A stretch of 64,000 bases of DNA, from contig JAAOMT010000681.1 in NCBI GenBank assembly GCA_016748015.1, forward strand, positions 125,893-189,892, written 5' to 3'. The DNA is from Geosiphon pyriformis uo1 (Eukaryota; Fungi; Glomeromycota). Shown piece after piece: positions 54,437 through 64,000 of this stretch. The notes below the pieces were generated by a model. It saw nothing but the letters and a program-made list of their open reading frames with translations. It was not told the DNA's origin and did no database searches. Within the stretch, counting starts at the first letter, position 1. Each line of letters begins with the position of its first letter. A program made the position numbers and the translations under genes.

Positions 54437-54665
54437 GTTTCCCCCATTTGCCAAAAACCTTTATTTTTGTTTAGTATCTGCTGTTGAAACTAAACCGATA
54501 ATGTGATTTTCGATGAACAATATTTGTTTGTAGTGAGGGATCTCCATTGATATTTGTTGCCCATTGCCAAAACCTTATTTTTGTTTGGTATCTGCTGTTA
54601 AAACTATACTGAAAATGTAATCTTGAACAAACAATATTTGTTGGATGGTGAAGGATATCATTGCA
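54437..54665. repeat. Diverged tandem duplication of ~115 bp
   Basis: CCCATT(T)GCCAAAA(A)CCTT(T)ATTTTTGTTTRGTATCTGCTGTTRAAACTA..AACAATATTTGTT occurs at ~54443 and ~54560. Confidence 0.8.
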
Positions 54666-57600
54666 AATTATCGCTTATTGTCTTGAATTTAAAATTCCTA
54701 AAAAAAGGTATAACTTGAAATATCCTGGGAATGGTTTAGATTATTTAGGAATACATCTATTACACAAGAGATGAATATATTTTCTTTCTATGCACAACTA
54801 CAATTTTTTTATGAGCAATAAATATATGTTTTGTTTGCTTTCTGGAGTTCAGCTTTAACATGAATGTTTATTTCGATCTTTTGTTTGCCATGTAAAATCA
54901 AATCAAATGTTAATCCAAAAAAAATTAGAGGTGAATTAAAAAGACCTGCCATCTCACAATTGTTTGAAAACGTGATGTCTGGCAACCGAAATCCAAATAT
55001 GAATGAGAAATTTTTGTTTCGCAACAGAAAGTTCGAATCTTATCGTTGGTTGGTTTTTTTCAAAAGAACTCTATTACTTTCCCACATTAAAACAAAATTA
55101 TTTCATTAGGGTAGCACGAAATAAATATAACTTATTACATAATATCATTTATATATATCAATGAGTATAATGAAGCCTTAAATATTAATTATTGATTGAC
55201 CGATTCATTCATTAATTAATTTATTAATTTATTTATAAAAAATTGATGCAGCCAAGAAAAGTTTATTATCAGAAAATCTTGAACATTGCTATACATAATA
55301 ATTGTTGTTGATTTTAAAGCACCCTTACTAGAACTATGTTTCTGAATCAAAACGGAAACTCTAATTTCACCAAAACTGATAAGTCAGAATATAAATTCTG
55401 GGTATATTACAACTTTAAATCTTTTCAGCGCATGATTTAAAATGAATTCCACCAAAATTGCAAAAGATCTCAATACACAATTTCCCATACGGCTGTTTTA
55501 GATGAGGAGCTTAGCTTTTTATTTTTAAAATTTCATGTTAATTGCTATTGCTTTTATTACACTCATTTTGACAGCTTTATATTTAAAAAGAAGAAAATTT
55601 CTCAGTTTTTATTATTACAAATCATAAATTTAAATAACTTTATTAAATAAGGGTAATAACCTTGCAGTCATTCTTATTTTACTGACATCACATTTGTTAT
55701 AAACAATCAAAAATAATTCCAATTCACAATTATTCTTGTCTTTGATAAAAAGGACACATATATATGAGATGTCCGAAAATCTGCAAACCTTGTTATAACC
55801 TCAAAGATTTTAAGGTAACCTGTAAAAATTAATAATTGAGTCATTTAAAAACTAAGATATAAAAATTATATATACACTATTCAGCTATATAAAAAAAGGA
55901 AAAGGGAAAATTTATATAAACAAGCATAATTTTTGTGTACAAATTGCTAGTTAATAAAATTTATGGATAAATAATCTTTTAGCTATTGTGATGAGATCGA
56001 GATCACGTAAATAAAATGCAAAAAATTGAAAAGCTAAAGAGTTTCAAGCTAATTTTTATGATTATTAATTTTGAATCTTAATATGTTAACTTTATTACTA
56101 AAATAAAAATAATAATAATAATAATAATAATAAACCCAATTTTATGCTTAAAGATTTTATTTTGATATAAACATTTTAAATTTTTATTTACTGTTAATTA
56201 AATAATAAGTAAAAATAAAAGCTTTTTTATGATTAAAAATCAATCAAATTTCTAATTTATGACCAATCTTTATATATATTATTATAATTTTTTTAAAATA
56301 AAATATTCTAACATTAGAAATTTATTATGTTATATCATATGGTTAATTTAACCATATTAATTAAATTTGTATAGTTATGTTCTTTTGTAATTAAAGATGA
56401 AATTATTTTCAAGGTCATAAATAAAAGTTTCATAATAAAAAACTATTAGATAATTAATAAAATTTTAAGGTGTACCTTTGCAACTGCCGCTTCATAACAT
56501 CTATCTGTATTTTGCTATTAAACCTAGCTAAAACTGTTTTCATATAAAAATATTCTTATTTTTATAGTCTTTATTTGGGTAAATAAAGCTTATTGAATGG
56601 TAAATCTTTTCACCCATCGCTAACAAAATTCCCTATCATTCACTCACTTTACGATAAAAATACTAATTTAATTTAATAAAAATTTTTTTCACGAAATTGG
56701 CATTATCTCAGCTGGTGTATTAAAAATTTTGGATTTATGCATAAACTACTTATATTAAATATTGTGTATAACCCGCCAACAAAAATTTTAATATTAGTGT
56801 TTTTTACTGTTTTTGCATTCATTAAAAAATACTAATGGTTTTTAATTTTCTATGAAACGCTCCTAAAATATCATGCGTTTTGGTGCTTACTTTTCAATTT
56901 TATATTTATATTTATTTTATCAGAGAAAATAACTTCTGCTTAATTATAAATGGTTTGATTTTGATCTGTGGAATAACATATGTAATATTTTATAGCAATA
57001 TATTGTTGTGAATTCATGTTCAAGGATTTTTGTAATTTGGAAAATATTCATAATTTTCATGTATTCTAAAAAAATTATTTTTTTGACTTAATATAAATAA
57101 ATATTACTGTTTAACATAATATTAGTAAATTTTAAAGTAACCTATTATCACATTTGTTTATAATTTTTATTTATATTATCATTTTTCAATGTAATTTTTT
57201 GAAAAATCTTCTGAATATCTGTTTGCTACAGTAAATTTTTAAAGCTATATTTTATTTTAAAATTTTATATTTAGCAAAAAAGTCATTGTAAATTTTTATA
57301 TATAAATATGAGTGTTAATCTTTTTGAGTTTTACATATTATTATTTTAAATAAGATTATAAATTTAATAAATATTTAAATTTACATCTAAAATTTATAAA
57401 AATTATATTCAAAATATATTTTCTTTGATTATAAAATAATTAAAAGTATTAATTAATACAAAAAATGTTAAGATTACTGGATATTTTAAATTTTGTGCAT
57501 AAAATTCATATTTTTGTCTGCAATAAAAAAATGCTTAAAATATTTATGAAAAATAATTATTTTTGCTTTCACAATTAAATTACTACCAAACATAAAATAG

Positions 57601-58718
57601 TTTAAAATACAATAATTATAAATATATAATTGATATTTTACTAAATTAAAATTGTTTTATATTAGGTTTAAAATTATATTATTAACAAACTAATTGTTTT
57701 TCAGTGGAATATTATTTTGAATAAATTGCAACAAATATATAGTGAAAAATATTACATATTGTTAAATAAAACTATTGTTTTATATATATTTCTTTTACAA
57801 TGCTTTACGGGTTGCTGATCACGTGCGGACAAAGCATGAGTTGCGTCTATAATAAATTGTCTTTAATTTTATATTTATTTACTATCTAATTCAAATAATT
57901 ATAAGAAAAGTAAAGATTTCTTTTTTTACTCTTTATCTTGATTGTGATTATGAAATTAAAAAAGAAAATTTATTATTATTATTGATATAAATTAAAAATT
58001 TAAAAATAATATTTTTTGCAGAAAAAAATTGTACTCTAAAAATTAACAAAATTACTTTTTTTGCAATATAAACAAAATAGTTTGTTAGTTTATTTTTTTA
58101 CTTGATTAACAATTTAATTTTTTTATTTGAAAAATAAATAGAGTAAATCGTTAATTATCTTTGAAAATTTGGAATAAAAACTAAAACTAAAATTAAACTT
58201 CAAAATTTTATTACTTTAATAAAAAAAATATAAATTAAGAAAAAATTTAATTAATTAAGAAAATAAATAATTAAATAATAATAATATAACCGAAATATTA
58301 TAAAATAAAATTTTATTAAAATAATTAAAAAACTTTTAGCTAAAAACAAATAAATAATGAAACAACCTAATATTCATCAGCAATAAAATTGTATATATAA
58401 TTATTAATCAATTAGAATATAATAAAAATAATATTAAATATTGTATTTAAGGTATATAAAAAATAAAAAATAATAATTAATACCTAAATAATAATAATTA
58501 GCTAAAAGTAAAATTAAAAAAATTTTATTTTTTGTATTTTTATGATTACACTTAGAACAAAAAGTAAAAAAATTGTAAATACTTTATTATTTAAAGTTAC
58601 TAATAGTATTTTTACCAAAAATATACTTACAACTATAAAGTTTACTCAATAAAACTTTTTTAAAGCATTTTTTTTAAATAATATTGAAATAAGTTAGTCT
58701 TTTGCTAATTTTAAAGCA

Positions 58719-61654
58719 TTTTTTTTTGACTTTAAAAACTATAAATAATAATAATAATAATAATAATATATATGGTTTTATGCAGTATAATAAAAACAAT
58801 AAAAATTAATAAAACAATATTAATTATGCAATTTTGACATTAAATAATGTGAAATGTTAAACTTTACAATATAATTAAATTGAAAAAAACATTTAGTATT
58901 TATTAATTTGACCAAATTGTAAATAAATAAAAATATATATAACTTTAATTTGCTGTTTCAATCTAATACAATTTTTATAATTTTATTAATAACAATCATA
59001 CTATAAGTTAAAGATACTTAAAATAAAGAGTTTGGTCCAATTAGTTGTTTTTTTCTTTGACTAAAATATATTGTGCATTAAAATTAATAAAGTTGTACAT
59101 CAAAGAAATAGGTGATCGATATTAAATAGTTTTAAAAATTTCCTGATAAATATTAATCGTATTATTTTTTGAATTAATTTTTTTTTATTTGGCAAGTATA
59201 TCAGTTAGTATTAGATTTTCTGTAGACAAACAATTAAAATAGCTTGATTTAACAAATTATAAAGAACTTTAAAGCAAACTGCTATTTAATCCAAATTTTT
59301 ATTTGTTAAGTGAATTTGAAATTGATAATGCTTCTTTTATAAAAATCAAAGTTTTAGTTAACAATGTAAATAATACCAAAAATTTATTAACACCTAACTA
59401 TAAAAATTGAGAAAATGTAAAAGCATCTGGCATAATCAAAAAATAAAAATTGAAAAAGAAAAATAGTTAAAAAGCAAAAGAGAAGAGCACTTGATAATAA
59501 AAGAAAAAACCAGAATATATACTTTTGAATTGATTACATTATTGTTATGATTATGCAAAAACTTTCAGCTAATAAAGTTGAATTGAGAAATGTTAAAAAT
59601 TAGAGCAATAATAAAAGCTTTAGAAACTCTAAATTTTTACTTTATCAGAACTAAATAATAAGAATGGAAACATTAATTTTCAAAGTAGCAGCCTAAGTAG
59701 TATGGATGAATCTCTCATATTGAAATGTTGTAATTTTCAAATCTCAACTCCAAGTCAATCGATCCAAACTTTTCTTCAGTTAAAAAATTTACATTTTTTC
59801 ATGAGCCTAATAGTCATTATTTGAATCTTATATAGTTTTGGGAGTGGGGTATTTGTGATATGTAAGTTGTAGAACAAGGAAATTGTCAAAGTAGACTATA
59901 ATTAATGTTATAAAATAACAAAGTAAAAGATTAACTTTTTTGTAATACAAAAAACAAATTAAAAACCTAATAGTAATCATTTAATATTGATGCATTGACA
60001 GGTCTAATGATAAAAACATATATAGAGTATATAAATACTACTCTTATTAGTTTAGCACTTTGATATAAATTTCCTTGTCTTCTTTAAAAATCATAGATTT
60101 TTGATCACTAATCCACTCTTTGAATAATTTTAAAGAAACTTATTAAATGGATAATGTTAAATAAAAAGATGTATAANNNNNNNNNNNNNNNNNNNNTTTT
60201 TTTTTGACTTTAAAAACTATAAATAATAATAATAATAATAATAATATATATGGTTTTATGCAGTATAATAAAAACAATAAAAATTAATAAAACAATATTA
60301 ATTATGCAATTTTGACATTAAATAATGTGAAATGTTAAACTTTACAATATAATTAAATTGAAAAAAACATTTAGTATTTATTAATTTGACCAAATTGTAA
60401 ATAAATAAAAATATATATAACTTTAATTTGCTGTTTCAATCTAATACAATTTTTATAATTTTATTAATAACAATCATACTATAAGTTAAAGATACTTAAA
60501 ATAAAGAGTTTGGTCCAATTAGTTGTTTTTTTCTTTGACTAAAATATATTGTGCATTAAAATTAATAAAGTTGTACATCAAAGAAATAGGTGATCGATAT
60601 TAAATAGTTTTAAAAATTTCCTGATAAATATTAATCGTATTATTTTTTGAATTAATTTTTTTTTATTTGGCAAGTATATCAGTTAGTATTAGATTTTCTG
60701 TAGACAAACAATTAAAATAGCTTGATTTAACAAATTATAAAGAACTTTAAAGCAAACTGCTATTTAATCCAAATTTTTATTTGTTAAGTGAATTTGAAAT
60801 TGATAATGCTTCTTTTATAAAAATCAAAGTTTTAGTTAACAATGTAAATAATACCAAAAATTTATTAACACCTAACTATAAAAATTGAGAAAATGTAAAA
60901 GCATCTGGCATAATCAAAAAATAAAAATTGAAAAAGAAAAATAGTTAAAAAGCAAAAGAGAAGAGCACTTGATAATAAAAGAAAAAACCAGAATATATAC
61001 TTTTGAATTGATTACATTATTGTTATGATTATGCAAAAACTTTCAGCTAATAAAGTTGAATTGAGAAATGTTAAAAATTAGAGCAATAATAAAAGCTTTA
61101 GAAACTCTAAATTTTTACTTTATCAGAACTAAATAATAAGAATGGAAACATTAATTTTCAAAGTAGCAGCCTAAGTAGTATGGATGAATCTCTCATATTG
61201 AAATGTTGTAATTTTCAAATCTCAACTCCAAGTCAATCGATCCAAACTTTTCTTCAGTTAAAAAATTTACATTTTTTCATGAGCCTAATAGTCATTATTT
61301 GAATCTTATATAGTTTTGGGAGTGGGGTATTTGTGATATGTAAGTTGTAGAACAAGGAAATTGTCAAAGTAGACTATAATTAATGTTATAAAATAACAAA
61401 GTAAAAGATTAACTTTTTTGTAATACAAAAAACAAATTAAAAACCTAATAGTAATCATTTAATATTGATGCATTGACAGGTCTAATGATAAAAACATATA
61501 TAGAGTATATAAATACTACTCTTATTAGTTTAGCACTTTGATATAAATTTCCTTGTCTTCTTTAAAAATCATAGATTTTTGATCACTAATCCACTCTTTG
61601 AATAATTTTAAAGAAACTTATTAAATGGATAATGTTAAATAAAAAGATGTATAA
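58719..61654. repeat. Apparently identical 1458-bp duplication (58719-60176 = 60197-61654) flanking a 20-N gap
   Basis: Both copies start T9-GACTTTAAAAACT and end AAAGATGTATAA. The Ns occupy 60177-60196. Confidence 0.95.
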
Positions 61655-62534
61655 TTAAGGTTCGAAAAAAAATAAGGCTTCCAAAACGTGTTTGTACATA
61701 GATAAAATTGATAAGGAAATGTTCTGTTTACTCAAGCTACAATTGTCGCGAGCAGCAAGAACTATTTGTTGAGGTTGTTTTGCAGTGTAACACCAATACA
61801 GCTTATTATACAATTTTTTTTTTGAAGGCATTGAGGTACTTTTCTATTAGAGAACGTTTTTCACCAATCACATCTAATTATACATTAATAGGATTTTTAT
61901 AATCATTCTCCAAGTTGGAGAATGATTGGCAGGACGGCATCATCATCATTACGAATTTTATGTAATGACAGATTATCTGGAGCGCAGTTATTGAATAAGC
62001 GAATGGAGTGAATGGTGGATGAGTGGTATACCGTTGTTTGGAAAATTCTTGGTAATCAAGATTTCTGGCGTGCAAATATAGGAACAAAGAAATATAATAA
62101 TAATAGATACTAGTAATATATTTAAAGCAAACTTTTTACAAGATGAAATTCTTTTTCGAAATCTATAAATAATATGAGAAGGCAGATTTATTTGTATCGA
62201 TAAACGATGATTAAATCAAATGAGAATATACATGTACATGTACATGTAATTATTTTTCTTAGACGATTACATTATTAATCTAGTTTCAAAAGCAGATACG
62301 AAATAAAAATAGGGTTTTGGCAACGAATACAAAAGAATTAGCTTTTTTAAGCAGTCAATAAATGTCATAAAAGTTCAACAATCTACCCTGCCAAATTAAT
62401 TATACAGCAGTTTAATAACGAAAGGTCAAAGAATTCTCAGAATATTATATATAAAGAATGCTTCAAGTTCAATTAATATATATTGTGCGCTCTTGCGAGT
62501 CTTGAGGGGTTTAATTGAAATAACTTTAAAAGAC

Positions 62535-63942
62535 ATGAAAATTCTTATTTTTATATTAATTTTAAATTTTCTTCAAATTATTGCCTCATTCAACTTTACT
62601 TATGAGGAAGAGGTTGATGGACTCATTATATTTAATAGTGACACTGATTTTAAAGGAACTATCCTCTTACGATTGATAATGAAAAATAGTGAAGTTGCAT
62701 GTGATTATCCTGACGAACCCCGGATACATCTTCGTGTTATTGCTTCCAATGACCATGTTGATCGAATTGATTTACCACTTGATACCCTGAATATTTCTCG
62801 TCAACATTTTTGCCCAAACGATTTCTTATGGTTTTACCTAATTGAACCAGAATACATTCTCTTCACCTATTATGACTTTCGAAATGAGGAACCTTCTTTG
62901 AATGAATTTTATGATGAAACTGGAGTGATTTTATCGTATTCAGGTGAAATAATAAGGTATGAATTGTTTTCTTTTTCTCTAAACTTTTAATAAATACAAG
63001 ATTTCTTAATCGTTTTAATATCAGTAAGTTTCCCATCGGTCGTGGATATCCCTTGAATGAAACAATAACTATCAGTCTTTTACCTAAAGGTGGATTTATG
63101 CGTGCTTATTTATGGCCAAATAATACAATAAGTTGGATGAAATTTTCTTCACCGTAAGAATATGTCTTATTTTATATATATATATATATCTTCAACGAAA
63201 AATTTTATGTATATATTTAAATTAAAGAATCTTTTCCTTAATAGGATCGATGGTATAGTTACTAAAGTAACTGAGGGCATTTTTTACACACCTCTTCCAC
63301 AAGAAATTTTTGTTAATTATTTCCCTTTTCAATTGCTTGATGGTGGATATAGTTGTGCTGTTATCACAAATAGTTCATTGCCTCAATCGAATGCTGCCAA
63401 TGCCACAAGAAAAGATATTTTTTCTACCGATGAAGTTGCTTGGACTGTTTATGCTATATTTCTTCGAAGTGATACAAAAGAAATAGACCAACCTTCAATT
63501 ATCTACCAAACTCTAAAACCATGGGACAACTTAGGTATTGGACCTTGTCATGTAGCTCTTGATGGCTCAGGATATGGGTGCTTTATCATACCAATTTTAG
63601 ATACTACCGCACCGTTCTTATACAGCATTCGTTTTAATACGGAAGGGGCAGTTATATCTTTTCAGAAATTGAAGACCCCAATTGATTCAAAATATTCAAT
63701 GCTCGGTTCTTATAACGTTTTTGGTGGTGGCTATATAGTGATTGGACAGAGTGATGAGCAAAGATTTGGTGACATGTATAATACTTCAGGAAGTAAAATC
63801 AACACGGTTAATATTAGCCAAAGAAATGTTCATGTCAACATTTTTCCATCTAAAAATAGTATTTGGTATGCTGGATTTCTTTCTAATCATACTAAAATTT
63901 GGGAGCTAAAAAGCATTTCACTGCCAAAATTACTCAAATTTG
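62535..63942 (+). CDS. 5' part of a secreted/membrane protein of a Glomeromycotina-type uncharacterised family; continues beyond the window
   Basis: Signal peptide MKILIFILILNFLQIIAS. In-frame exons 62535-62956, 63025-63153, 63245-63942 with GT-AG introns. Several N-glycosylation sequons, and no lesions seen. Confidence 0.75.
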
Positions 63943-64000
63943 GTATAACCTTTTTTTTTTTTTTTTTTTTTTAATTTTTTTTTTTTTTTTTTTTCCAAGA

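Noticed and set aside
58719-61654. 1458-bp perfect tandem duplication as a recent biological duplication
   Set aside because: The copies appear identical and directly flank a 20-N scaffold gap, the typical signature of unmerged overlapping contig ends.
61700-62090. Short overlapping ORFs upstream of the last gene
   Set aside because: Multiple stops in all frames and no motif; at most an unassignable relic.
1-64000. CRISPR arrays, rRNA/tRNA genes or bacterial (endosymbiont) insertions
   Set aside because: No repeat-spacer periodicity, no recognisable structural RNA, and the host-type genes I could model have spliceosomal introns. Covariance-model searches were not run.

Overview
This is a very AT-rich, intron-containing eukaryotic window that reads as a Glomeromycotina (arbuscular-mycorrhizal-type) fungal scaffold. 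The repeat families and gene types most resemble Geosiphon/Archaeosporales, but that assignment is an inference with no database search behind it. From ~3.5 to 18 kb there is a nest of heavily C>T/G>A-mutated retroelements: an internally deleted RNase H-bearing LINE, and a near full-length LINE (ORF1-EN-RT-RNaseH-zf) interrupted by a dUTPase-carrying Ty3/Gypsy LTR element with recognisable LTRs, PBS and a 4-bp TSD. Host-type genes are: a coiled-coil/PD-(D/E)xK nuclease/kinase Crinkler-like gene, a 10-exon SDR, a TKL-kinase fragment, an MLKL-like 4-helix-bundle/pseudokinase/Sel1 gene, a cluster of three paralogous small secreted 8-Cys proteins that the ORF track shows only as fragments or misses, a cytochrome P450, and the 5' part of a secreted/membrane lineage-specific protein. 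Most of the larger genes carry frameshifts or stops. A 1458-bp duplication flanking a 20-N gap is probably an assembly artefact. The most notable items are the 8-Cys secreted peptide cluster with swappable tail exons, the RIP-like hypermutation with in-window unmutated controls, and the MLKL-like cell-death architecture. All gene models were derived by eye.
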